Positions 11,976 through 24,390 of a stretch of DNA of 62,335 nt are shown here, in pieces. Source of the stretch: Parasitella parasitica NRRL 2501 (Eukaryota; Fungi; Mucoromycota); contig MU619337.1 of the NCBI GenBank assembly GCA_025201805.1, forward strand, positions 58,702 to 121,036, read 5' to 3'. How positions within the stretch are numbered: the stretch's first letter is position 1; the number at the start of each line of letters is the position of its first letter. The translations under genes were made by a program, and so were the position numbers. A model generated the notes under the pieces. It saw only the letters and a program-made list of their open reading frames with translations. It had not been told where the DNA came from and ran no database searches.

Positions 11976-14900
11976 ATGACAGAATACCACGCCGTTACTG
12001 CCGGTGTCCCGCAAAATGTAAGGTATGTACGGCATTGCCCAGAGACGACGACGAGTAACAGTAGTCCTGCTAGGTGTTTACATTGCCCACGCCAACTGAT
12101 ATCACACTAACGCCGTTCTGGACAACAGTATTGCAAAAAGACAACTTTCTGCTGCAAAAATCTTCTTCGCCTGGAAACCATCTGTTTCGAAGCTTGGTCA
12201 GCACCATTGCCAATGTGTAATTAGAAATGCTCGGCTGTTCAATGCGTGTGTTGGTCGCCTCTAACGTATATATATACATATATATGTAATTTTTTTTTGC
12301 TTGTGTAGATTCGACACCAAGCTGCCTCCGTTCCGTATCTTGTTTCAAAGACAAGTAAACGCCATGTGTCTGCAGATCGCAGTGGGCGAAACTGACAAAG
12401 CAATTGATGCGGCCTGGTTTTGGATAGAGAAAAACATTATGCCTGAATTGGAAACTATCGATCATCCTCTTGAGAAGGAAAAATGGGTTTCCGAAAAAAT
12501 CAACATGATTGTCACCGAGATAGGTAAAGCAGCGAGAGCCTACCAAAGCCTCTTATGGCTGTGCGACGACTAATGATGGTTCATATAGAGTCAGGAACAG
12601 ACGAGCTGTCGTCCGACGAGAACGTCAGAAATGCTTCAAGGACATTCAGACAGATATTCGACATTCCCCATTCCGAGCGCTTCGTAAGCTGTACGCATTG
12701 TAGATTTTTACTCGATCCATTCGCCAATTGATGCTTCAAAACAATGCATATAGATTACTCGTGTGCGTACAAGTCGAGACAGGGATGGCTGTATATCAGT
12801 GAAAACTACATTGGCTTCCACTCACTCCTGCTGGGGGTGGAGACCAAGGAATTGGTTGAGCTAAAGGAAATACAGGAAATCAAAAAGGAGAAATCAAAGG
12901 GTATCTTTGACGATAGTTTGAGGCTCACGCTAAAGGATAAACGAGAGCTCTATCTTTCCAACATGTTCAAAAGAGACGAAGTTTATGACCTGCTGATCCA
13001 GTTGACAGGCCAAGCAATGCAGCGATGGCTCAAAAGCGCCGGAGGCGATGCTCCAGGCTTGTCTAACGATGCGGCATTCGCAGCTGCTGAGCTGAGCACC
13101 AAACGCAGCCTGCAGGAAATCAGTCGTGTTGCTGAAGCCCGACCACTTCAGCACCAGTTAGTTAACCCATTGAAGCAAGATCTGGCCGCTCAAAAGCGAA
13201 ACAGCAACTATTGTGCTCGATTCAGGCTTCCAGCAGACGAAAATCTCATTAGCGGATCAGACGCCATTTATTCCAAAGACGCTTCTCCAGACCGAGATCC
13301 ATATTTCCTGTCACAGGTGCCGCCTGGTGTGGTTCACCTGATTGGACGAGTATACCTCTCCCAGACATTTCTTACATTTGAATCCGAAGAACGATTGCCA
13401 GCCCCACAGCATACTTTACCAGTATGCAAAGCAGTGTTTCCGCTATATACCATCAAGCGTGTGGAAAGGTTGAACACAGGAGCATATACATCGGGTGTAG
13501 CCATTACCACATGGCACAAAATGGAGCACAATTTTTTCCTGCATGTAAAGGCAGAAAAGAAAAAAAAAAAAATCTTTGTCAATATATGCATCTATACTAA
13601 CTTTGTGTATCATGTAGGCAGAAAAAAATGCATGCGAACAATTCTGTGAAACGTTAAAAGGCCTGCTCCTCAAGCAGATCCCCTTGTTCAAAAAAGTCAA
13701 GCCATTCATGGCCACATGCGAGTCTGAACAGATGTTCCAAGCGGACAGTTTGATTGACACTCGAATACATTTGGGAGGGCTTGGCTTGGAATTCGGCTAT
13801 CCTGAAAACTCTAAAAAATCTAAAAACAAGAGTAAAACTAAACTGTGGAAGCTTTATTTTCAGGAGAACGGTAGAAATCTGACCATGGTGAAGCTACCAA
13901 CATTTGGAAAGCTGGTACGTGTGGGCCTCCCCAATTCGCTCAGAGGCGAGATCTGGGAAGTGTCGTCGGGTGCCATGTACCTGAGGTTTGCTAATGAGGG
14001 CCTATACCAAGCAATCCTGGACAAGTACAAGAACCAGAAATCGACCTCGACCGAGGAAATCGAAAAGGACCTGAACAGATCACTTCCAGAATACCCAGGC
14101 TATCAATCTTGTGAGGGTATCAATCGTTTGCGTAGAGTGCTGACAGCGTACGCTTGGAACAACCCTGAGTTAGGGTACTGTCAAGCCATGAACATTGTGG
14201 TGTCTGCGCTCTTGATCTATACTACGGAAGAACAGGCATTCTGGATACTGCATATCCTAGTAGATCGATTCTTTCCCGGCTACTATAGCACAAACATGTA
14301 CGGTGCCCTGTTAGACCAGATCACATTTGAACAGCTGGTTGAAAAGACAATGCCCATCTTGTGGAACCATTTTAAACGCACGAATGTAGAATTATCCGTT
14401 GCAAGTCTTCCTTGGTTTTTGAGCCTGTACATCAACTCGATGCCCCTGGAGTTTGCTGTTCGAGTCTTGGACATGTTGTTTATGGAGGGCCCTCGGATTT
14501 TGTTCCAGATTGGGTATGTGTTTTTTTTTGTGGGTTGAAAAAAGTAGAAACTCACGAATCTGTCATTTTTTGTATAGATTAGGTAAGATTCTACAACTTG
14601 CAAAAGTCATTTTGGTTTTTTAATTTTACTTTAATACACAGCCATCTTGAAGGTGAATGGCGAAGAGCTCTTACAAACAAAGGATGATGGTGCATTCTTG
14701 GACATCTTTAAAGCGTTTTTCCAGTCCATTGGCCAAAAAGAGCAAAGGGACAATGGAGATCAGCACATCAAGCTAACTGTAAGTGCTACATATGCGCATG
14801 TTGACATGGACTAGATGCTCATTGTTTGTTTATGGACACACACATAGAAATTTAACGAGGTGATGCTCACTGCCGTAAGTATAGCCCACTGGAGAGTGCA

Positions 14901-16106
14901 GCTAGTCTGAATATTGATTATCGTAAGCATTCTAGTATCGCGAGTTCTCTCTGGTCACTAACGAGATGGTCCTTGAGCTGCGTAACCAAAATCAGTTGAA
15001 GGTCGGTGCTGGTATCGAGTCTTTCACCAAGCGAACTGTGATCCGCAATCTCAAAGACACTGCCTTGTTCAGCAAGGAAGATGTTGCCATTTTGTACGAC
15101 AAATACTTTGGCGCTCTGTATTACGCAAACAGCCAAGTCGACAAAACGAAAGCAGAATCCAAAATGAACAAAGAGACGTTTCAAAGCATGCTCTCTTCGA
15201 TGACAGTTTGGGCAAAATTGAAGCAAAATACAGACAATGCAGATGCCAATGCTGCAAATAGCGTATGCAGTGGTTTTATCGACAAGATTTATCGCTTCTT
15301 TACTCGAAACTCGGCGGATGGTCTACTTGATTTTCAAATGGTAATCTTGCGCATGAGTGATATTTTGCACGGTGTAAGTATAATCCTATGTCTGCCCACA
15401 CCCAATTTGCTTGTCTAAAGCTCGATACACATTATAGGATCTCATGTCACATATAGATTGGTTTTTCAGGCTGTACGACCAGGACGAGGATACGGTGCTA
15501 ACAGGCCAGGACATTATTAACATGAGCAAAGATTTGTATTGGCTATTGAGCATATTGAAAGATGCAGACATTGCCTGGGATGCAGCGACGAGCCTGGTAG
15601 TGCACAGTTGTGAGCAATCTGATGTTGCCAAAGGGGACAAACCTGATGAAACGACACTGACGCATAGACTAGCTGATTTAACCATGACAGCCAACGGTGT
15701 CTCGTTCCATGGACGTATCAAACAGCTGGAAAACTCCATACTGGCCGATCTCGTCGATATCACCTTACCTTCGTTCCGCATGGTAATCTTGACAAACGAA
15801 TCTTTAGAGATGCTGGTTGATCACGGCTTTACAGATAGCTTCAAGGTCGTTAAATCTGCTTTGGATCGACAAAAGAGTCTGGGTCGCGAAGTATTTGAAA
15901 ACCTATTTGCTGATGGACAGAAACTTGCAAAAGCACCTACTGCTGCTAGCCAGAGTTCCTCACCCACTTTGTCTAGTCCAACCAATGCAGCAACGTCAAG
16001 AAATAGGTCACCTTCGTCGGCTTCCACAGTCTCGACTGATAAAAAGGCAAAGGAAGAAGCAGAGGTCGATACATTTATGGACGAATGGGATCATTTTGAT
16101 ATTTAA
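11976..16106 (+). CDS. GRAM-GRAM-TBC Rab GTPase-activating protein with EF-hand (TBC1D8/9, yeast Mdr1/Gyp2-like), about 10 exons
   Basis: GRAM motifs (YSCAYKSRQGWLYISENYIGFHS; GRVYLSQTFLTFES), TBC arginine finger IEKDLNRS and glutamine finger GYCQAMN, and an EF-hand-like LYDQDEDTVLTGQD. The start ATG at 11976 is inferred from the exon chain. Confidence 0.9.
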
Positions 16107-16726
16107 ACTTGTATCAATCGCTCAAACGCCTTGGATTTAAACAAATGAAGTTTGAGCTCATTACCTCTCAAGTATTGACTCTTGTCCATGAAACTCGTTA
16201 AACTAACACGCACTTGGAATATCAACTATAATATGCATTGATAAAGATAATCGCATTTTTCCCGAGTGACCATATGATAATTATAGAAAAATTAGGCTGA
16301 CTGACAGTGTGTACTATGAATTTAACTTTGTTTGAGAAAAAGACACACCATGTCAAGTAATGGTTTGCTATTGCTTGACAACAGTTGCTAGCGAATATAT
16401 TAGACCCTTTTTACAGGCTTACTAGAGAGCCCAAAGTACGACATATTAAAAAAAAAAAAAAAAAAAAAAAGGGGGAGGGGGGAGTGCAATACAAGCATGA
16501 TCACTAAACTGATAAACCTGGGGAATGGGAGCCACTTGACTAATCCATAATGCGGAAAGGTCTAAATGAGTCAGTTGCACTATGTTCAGATGATACGCAG
16601 CAACCTGAGATGTTCAAGGGACAATGAACCGTGGTGAACTGGCTTGCGCGATAATTCACGGGTGCGCGGTTTTTGCAAGATTTCTTTTTTCATTTTTTTT
16701 TTAAAAAAAATCTGTAGTATATTATC

Positions 16727-18030
16727 ATGACATCCTCCAAACTTGTATATAAAGACAAATACGAAAAGAATTCGTATTCACTGATTGAACTTGGTTCGAG
16801 TGAGTTGGTAGAAGCATTCGAGTCTAGTAATGGGTAAGTATCCGCTCTTGTCATGCCATTTCTTTACTAATCTCAAAGGTAGTATTGTCATCAAAGGTTT
16901 AGCAGATGACGAAGCCGTTTTATGTACAGAATCCAAGACTTACATCGTACGACAAGTAAACACATCCAACTCTCTTTTGCTTGTCACCAAAGAGTCTGCA
17001 TCAGATCAATACACTGTCCATGACACTATATCTAGCACGATCGAACTGCTGCCTTGTGTTCCTCGTCTTGATCGAATCGATAAGCTTTTAAAGGACTCTA
17101 GCTATTCCGGCTGCGAAAATGAACGAGATGTCATCATGAACAAGGTACGAAAGACACAAAATGACACACTGACACACAGACGTGCTCTTACATGGCTGCT
17201 AGACATTGTACTCGTACCATGATCTGCTGTCTATTATTCAAGCAAGCGAATGCGAATTACTAGATGCGCTGGCAGCAAGGGCAGCATTCCGACTTGACGG
17301 TTATTTTAGACTGTTTGACAAAACCTATCTGCACCATTTATTTGATCTGTTTGTCACCAATGCTACAGTACACAGCTATGATTTTGAACAAATGACGCTT
17401 GAACAGGCAAAACTATGCATCACAGAGGAAATGAATGCAGTCGATCAGGAAGACAACATTCCGGATCAGGTTGTCACTGCATGTATCAATGCATTCGTCA
17501 CTGATCATGTTGATATCAACGATAATGACAAAGTGTTGACGTTTGATCATGCAAAAATATGTCGATTCTTGGGCGAGTGGCTACTCAGTACTCCTCGGGT
17601 AAGTTGTAGCTTGAGGGAGGGAGGGGGGGGGTTTAAACATAATGATGGTACCTAATGCAAAATTAAAAACGTAAAGAACAAGCATTGGGAGTTGAATGAT
17701 TTCCTTAATATGTGGCGTAAACTTGGCTATGATATCTTTATGCCCAAACTGGAGCACATTGACGGATTGTACCTGATGCATGAAACCAAACGATTGAAAC
17801 ACACGGAAACACACATACAGTATTTCCCCATCACAGACCTACCCACCGATCCACCACAGCGGTTTGCGTCTTTATTCACAGAAAGGGAATACTGGACATC
17901 GGAAGAGATTACACCATTTTTGATGGATTTGGCCCCCCAAAAGAAAGATAGAGAACACTTGCTGCTCAAATTCGCTCGCACATACAAACGTGACAATACA
18001 ACATATTATGCAAGTAGAATAAAACAATAG
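16727..18030 (+). CDS. DCC1: Sister chromatid cohesion protein DCC1 (Ctf18-RFC subunit), 4 exons
   Basis: MTSSKLVY..SLIEL; IKGLADDEAVLCTESKTYIVRQVNTSNSLLL; IQASECEL; LPTDPPQRFASLFTEREYWTSEEITPFL, matching the DCC1 signature. Confidence 0.9.
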
Positions 18031-18039
18031 AATATTTAT

Positions 18040-18873
18040 TTAATAGCGACGATGATGATAACGCTCCGCCATATTGGCTACTTCATGATACTCTTTTCTG
18101 TACTCCCAAGTGATGTCGTATCTCGACAGTTTTGAGCAGATTTCTTGCAGTTCGCACAGCCAAGAAGTCTCTCTGAAATAGCCCCAGTACTTGTCATTGC
18201 TGCTGTTAGTGTGATTAAAATTCTTGAGGATGTTTGATATTTCAAGGATGAGAGTTCTTCCAAATTTTGCATGATAAAATATATGCTGACGTACTTCAGA
18301 AGGGGCCAACAGGCTCTCCTGAGCTATGACGATCAGACCAAACAGAGTCAAGAACGACTGATCCGAATGGACATGCAACGATCGAACCATTTGTTGTAGG
18401 GCCTCTGTAGTCTCACCTGCCCTGCCAAACTGCTCGCTTGGCCGCAAGTTATCCAATTCATGGGCAATTGCTCTCGACTTGGTTTGGATAGACTTGAGCT
18501 TCTCGATCTCGATGTTGGAGGTGATTTGCTGCTTTCTTCTGTAGTTTTTTTCATAATGTCGAGTGTAAATGCCATCGGCAACCTGAGGATAATCGGCAAT
18601 TGCGGTAGAGAGGATCTGACACAGGGCCATCTTTGATAATCTGCTCAGCCAGTCTTGGATTTCCAATTGATCGTCTTGGTCTTCTTGGACAACAAACGCA
18701 GACGATGCTATCAATTGGCATTTCTCTTCTTTGTCTGCTGACGACGATGACGTGGACCTGTGGTATTCTTGCTGCTGCTGCTGCTGCTGTTGTTGTAGTT
18801 GTAATTGGTGCTGGTCTATTGGGATGATACCAATAAGTGATAGTAAATAAGTTATGACGCTATTGCTTGACAT
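18040..18873 (-). CDS. Uncharacterised 277-aa helical protein with N-terminal polyQ
   Basis: Uninterrupted ATG-to-TAA ORF with no overlapping gene and protein-like composition; no family recognised. Confidence 0.7.
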   Translation of the reverse strand: MSSNSVITYLLSLIGIIPIDQHQLQLQQQQQQQQQEYHRSTSSSSADKEEKCQLIASSAFVVQEDQDDQLEIQDWLSRLSKMALCQILSTAIADYPQVADGIYTRHYEKNYRRKQQITSNIEIEKLKSIQTKSRAIAHELDNLRPSEQFGRAGETTEALQQMVRSLHVHSDQSFLTLFGLIVIAQESLLAPSEVRQHIFYHAKFGRTLILEISNILKNFNHTNSSNDKYWGYFRETSWLCELQEICSKLSRYDITWEYRKEYHEVANMAERYHHRRY

Positions 18874-19452
18874 GTATTATCTGCTTTTTTTTTTTTTAAT
18901 TTTTTTTAAGGCTTTAATTAGTTTATTCGTTTTTTTTTAACTGTTGGATATAACGATGTTGCTGGTTGGAAAAGATTAGAGTAAGAAATCGACATAATTT
19001 ATTCCTGGAATTTCTTGTTTTCTCTTGGATGGCTTCCTTTCTTTTCGTTTTTTGGCTAAAAAGAAGAGAAAGGTCTATATGTTGCGTTTGTTCTGATAGA
19101 TGTTGGGCGGGTTTTTTCTTTTGGGTGTGTGAGAAAAAAAAATAAAAAGAGAAAAAGGGGGTAAAAATCCCATCTCTTGCAAGTGGCGTGTATTTAAACA
19201 GGTCATTTGCCTGAAGGTCATGTGCTGCACACACTATGATGTTATCCGACATCCTCCGGCGCTTTACAGTGTGCCTCCTTGCTCTCCTGCTACAGACACG
19301 AGAGGCTGACTGTATTTTATGCGGCCTGTTTATGGTCGCTCAAAAGCTGCCTTTGTATTCAACGCGTGCTGCTGAAGCCAAATCCGAAAATGGCGCGCGT
19401 TTTTCATTGATCAAGGCTTCTTCTTTTCCTCTTTCTTTCTTTCAAAATAAAC

Positions 19453-20342
19453 ATGAAGAAAAAAGTTGATTTGTTGCTGGATGAACCGTGTCCTGAGTTG
19501 CTGTGCGGCATATGCTCCGGTAAGCATACAAACATAGGCTCGTCTGATGCAAACCTTTACTCAACATTGCGCACAAAAAGATATACTGGAGGACCCTATG
19601 CAAGTTCACTGTCCTGAGGGTAACTCCCCCCCCACACACAGCACAAACTCTCCATGAAACTAACCACACCTATGATCAGATCACATGTTTTGCAGCAAAT
19701 GTATAACTTGCCATGTGGAACAGCAATCCGGCTGTCCAATTTGCAAGACTCATCTGGACAAGAGCACATTTATGCTATCGAAATTCGTACAAAGACAAGT
19801 GGGTCGATTGCGCATCAAATGCGCCTATTCAGAGAATGGCTGTGCGTGGCAGGGCCTACTATCAGACCAGCATATACCCCAGGTAAGTGGTGCGCCATAT
19901 CTTGCTGCCGTGCTTGCTGAACAAATCGTCTAGTGCGCCTTTCAACCATCCACATGTCCGCACGCCAACAAGGGATGCAATGCCACCAATCTGAATAAAT
20001 CAAACATGCAGCGTCATTTGGAGACATGTCTCTACCAAACCATGACATGTCCGAATAATATGCCATTATGTCAACCATTCCTACTGTTGGATTTAGCCAA
20101 GCATGAAAATCAATGCCAATCGTATACGTGTCCCTACTCCAGTGAGGGCTGTCCCTTTATTGGTACGCTAAGTCAAGTCAACATTCATTGCAAAGGTTAC
20201 TGCGGAAGATTACATGAGAAAGTGAACCAGCTTGAAGAGGAGGTGAAGCGATTGAACAAATTGATACAAGATGTCACAATCGGTCTCAACATCAGACTGC
20301 CTTCCACACCAGAGATAACCTTACAAGAGGATGAAAACAAAA

Positions 20343-20390
<48 letters not shown>

Positions 20391-21202
20391 CACAACAACA
20401 AGTAGACACATCGATGGATGAAATGGCATTGTTTCATCAAATGTTCAACAGTGATCCGTTTGGTACTTTAGACTTATCTGCAACCACGCCAAATGCAGCA
20501 GATCACGGCGCCTCCAAAAACAACGAGGATGCCAATGTATCAATGATGGACCTTGGATCAGTCTTGCCGAACATCAACTTTTTAGATTTGAATCAGTCAA
20601 ATGTCCCTTCTCCTTCATCCACGTTCAATAACAATCCTGAGACTAGCCAGCAGATTGATTTCAGCTCGATTTTTGACGCAGCAACTTCGCCGCAACCACT
20701 CCAGTTCGTCCCTCCTGCAAATGTCCCCAAACGAACATCCAACGGTAAAAAGATTCGCTACAGCAAAAACGTCAGACTCGCCCATAATGCCCTGCGAATT
20801 GCGCGCCAGCGTACAGCGAGTAATAATCCTTCAAATGACGCTATTCTGAACAACTTGAATATTGCAAAGCAGCAAATGAACAGCAACAATCAAATCACAT
20901 TCAAAAACGCTCAGGATGTAACACAGTTCTTAAATGCAGATGCCATAACAACAACGCCGCCAAACAAAAAATCCAGCAAAGCAACAACGTCGCCAGCGAC
21001 ATCCACCACAGCGACAGCCGCAAAGTCAATAGCCAAAAAAGAAAAGAAAAAAAATTCTGCAGCCGCTGCTCCCTCACCCCAATACATGGACTCCACAGTG
21101 TCATCACCGCCTTCTACAACTGCACCAAAACGAAGACCAATGTTTATTTTAGCATCGTCCTATTTGTCAAATTATAACAGCAATAATAATGAAAACCTGT
21201 AA
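19453..21202 (+). CDS. RING (C3HC4) + TRAF-type zinc-finger protein, putative E3 ubiquitin ligase, 4 exons
   Basis: Spliced start MKKKVDLLLDEPCPELLCGICS|DILEDPMQVHCPE|DHMFCSKC..CPIC, then LRIKCAYSENGCAWQG, HLETCLYQTMTCPN, CPYSSEGCPF, a coiled coil and a polyQ/low-complexity tail. Confidence 0.82.
20344..20401 (+). repeat. (CAA/CAG)n coding microsatellite, polyQ of about 19 residues
   Basis: cagcagcaacagcaacag... in frame in the RING/TRAF gene. Confidence 0.9.
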
Positions 21203-21208
21203 ATATAA

Positions 21209-21982
21209 CTATAAATGCTGCTGCTCCACGAGTCGTTGGTTTTTCTCGTGTTCTTGCTTGTACTTGGCTTCTAATTCTGCATATTTAGCTTTTAATTCTT
21301 CCAATTCTTCCTTGTGGGCAAAGCTGACGCTCACAATAGCTGCTTCGATGACTTTCACAACTCTCCATAAACGAAGAATGATCAAAAGACTACAATTACA
21401 GACACGTATGATTATTTGTTTGCTATTTCAAGTGTGTGCTTGTTTCTAGATATTTATATATACCCTGCTACTTCTCGTTCTTTTCCTTTTAATCCAACCT
21501 CAAGGATCAAGGTGGTCGTAACAACTGTTTGAAAAAAAAAATTCGTCAATTAATAATTCTCTATAAAAAAAATATGTAAACAAACCTGATGCATCAAAAA
21601 CATGTAATTTCCAGTGTTCCCATCCAGGCAAATAATATCTCGGCCCAAAAGCAATCAAGCATAAAATGCATTCAGTCAAAAAAAGCACGCAGATAGAAAT
21701 ACTAATAATCTCTGCCATCTCAAAGGCAATGAGCAAATAACTGGCTCTGTGAGACCCGCTATACAATACCACGGGAACTTGGCATTCGTGAAAAAAAGTA
21801 TAAACAATCTGGATAACAACGCAGGTGGCATCAATCAAGACAAGGCCCAGAACTGCTAAATGGAATTTTTCATTTTCCAATTTCTCTCCCAAGCTCTCGC
21901 GCCAGCTTTTTGGAGCCTCGTTGTTTCCATCTTCTATCCCTGTTGTTGTTGCTGTTGTATTCAAGCTGCCGTATGAGCTCAT
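21209..21982 (-). CDS. HVCN1: Voltage-gated proton channel Hv1-like, 3 exons
   Basis: Four-helix voltage-sensor domain with no pore domain. S1 LVLIDATC carries the selectivity Asp, S3 is LHVFDASVVTTTLILE, S4 is LLIILRLWRVVKVIE (RxWRxxK), followed by a coiled coil. Stop TAG at 21209-21211. Confidence 0.85.
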
Positions 21983-23573
21983 GATGAAAATATTACTTGC
22001 AAAAAAGGGGGAAAACTCCTTTACACCAAAATAAATTTCAAACTAATAGTTACACATGGCAACATTATTGAAAGATAGCAGTAGCAATCGTAATCGCTTT
22101 AAATTTGATATGCTGTAGAATAGTGTAAAAGAGACAGAGTTTGGTTGAAGGAGGTACCTCCGTTGCACAATATCTCCCAGCGATACATACATTACCCTGT
22201 TACTCAAGAGGCTAAATCAGCTTGCTCACACAGTATCTGTTTCTCGTTGCAAGTCCTTCACCAACATAATTTTAATTTGGGAGTTGCCAGAAGCCTTTTT
22301 GTGGACATGCCATGCGACAGTAAGCAAGTTAATAAGAACAGTCTACCATAATGCAAACAAAAGATATTTGTAGTTGCTTCAAAAGAAACAGAAAATAAAC
22401 TGAGTACGTGGTGAGAATAATGTTACGGAATAAACCTTGGATGATGATGTAGTATGCATTAATGTCCGTTGTCCTTTGAGGTTGAACGGTGGCAAGACAA
22501 CGAGTAACAAAAATTGCATGAATTGAATTCAAGTTCCTAGTAACTGATGATATCTCGCTATAACCATTTTACCCAAGTTAATGCCTTCCCTTAATTTGTA
22601 CTTTGCAGTATTCTTTGGAATTTATATTAAGATCCTTTACAAATTTCCAACAAATTGTAAATTGAAATATGGAAGTTTGAAAAGATTTGGCCACATTTTG
22701 AATGTGTGGCCTGAATAACTGAATTGTTGCTAATTGAGGAGTGAAATGATTCTAATATATATCATGCAGCTATGAGAGAAACCAGATAAAGATCAAAGCA
22801 AACAACTAGAGCTAGCTCAGTAATGAGTATAATTACAATCTATAAAAGTCATCTAGAGATAAATGGCATAAATATTAAACAAATGCGCTTCAAGTTGGTT
22901 CGATAAAAAAAGCACTACATATTAACAGTAATTATTGCGGCTTTGGTTTCATATGTAATGTTTATCTTTAATAGAACTGTGTGTGTAGAAAGGGGTATAT
23001 CCATATACTTTCCGAATGTGCCTTCGCACTGCATGTACCGAATACGCGCTAAAATAAGCTTTCCAAAAAAGAGCATTGACTCACTGATTCCATTTTTTGT
23101 AAATGAGGCTACATTGTAGAGTAAACTGATGCTCTTTCACCAGACAAATAAACTACTATATGCAGCATTTGTTTGCCTTTATCCCAAACTTGCGCGTTTG
23201 TTTTTAATTATGCACAGGACTCTTTGATCGGGATGAACCCCTTTTTATTGAGCAAAGAAGAGCTTAATATACTTGTTTAGACAAAAAGTAATAAATACGC
23301 AGACAATGTAATATTTTCGTATTTATTACAAGTTGGCTAAATATAGCATCTTATCAAAGCGCAAATTGTGGCATTAGCCATCATTTATATATAGACAGAG
23401 ATTTACATCTCTTCTAGGGATAACCAATCATGGGTTCATCAACACCTTCAAAATTAGATTCATTGTTCCTTGAATCTTTTGATATAAAAGGCGCGCAATA
23501 ATTAATCATTTGATGTAATTTTAAGCTTTCTTTTTTTTTTTTTTTTTAATCATACACTTCAACAATAATCATC

Positions 23574-24309
23574 ATGGTGCTGTTAAAATGGGGCTGGGTA
23601 CTTCAGCGTTTTGCTTGCAAATTCAGACCTGCTGTATGGAAGCGTCGCTATCTTGTGCTCACAACCATGTCTATACACGTATACAAATCAGAGGTAAATG
23701 AAGCCATGTAGTTGAATTATCGAGAAAAAAAATCGCTAATATTATCCAACTATCTTGTAGAAGGGCGTCATCTCCTCTTCTTTCAGCGACAATACGCCAG
23801 CAATACATGTCTGGTCAAACTTTCAGAATGTAGAAGCGTGCAAAAAAAGTAAACGATCCTCGAAACACACATTCATGATCCAGTCTCGAGACACTCAGAT
23901 CCACTCTTCCTTGCAATTTAAATGTACGACAACAGAAGAAAAAGATAGATGGGTCGAAGCTATTGATGAACAGCTTAAACTTACACATAAAATGTGGTCT
24001 TCTCAACCAGCAAGCGAAAGTACCATTGGCAGATCGCAGAAAATGAAACAAACAAAATGTATCTTGGACAACCCAATTGTTCCTGTATCTGTGCTTGATA
24101 AATGGCTGCAGCAGCTTGATTTTCTAGATTCGCCTCCCCAGCAGCAACAACCAGTTAGAAGTTATAGACGAGGCTCAAATTGTTCGGATACGTCAAATCC
24201 TAGAAGAAATAGCAGGCGAAGTTCCTATCAGTCAAACCCAATTGACAAGACTGAGCACCGCCACAGTATCAAAAAGAAGAGAATGCAAAAAATTATTGAA
24301 AATTACTAG
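23574..24309 (+). CDS. Small PH-domain protein, 2 exons
   Basis: MVLLKWGWVLQR..WKRRYLVLTTMSIHVYKSE, then an intron (23693-23760), then ..TFMIQ..LQFKCTTTEEKDRWVEAI; this is the typical PH beta1-beta3 pattern plus the terminal Trp helix. Confidence 0.78.
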
Positions 24310-24390
24310 ATACCCATTGCATTTCCAATTTACATGTAGATTTTATAGACTGTATATAAGTTGTATATTCATTTTATTCATAAAATAAAG

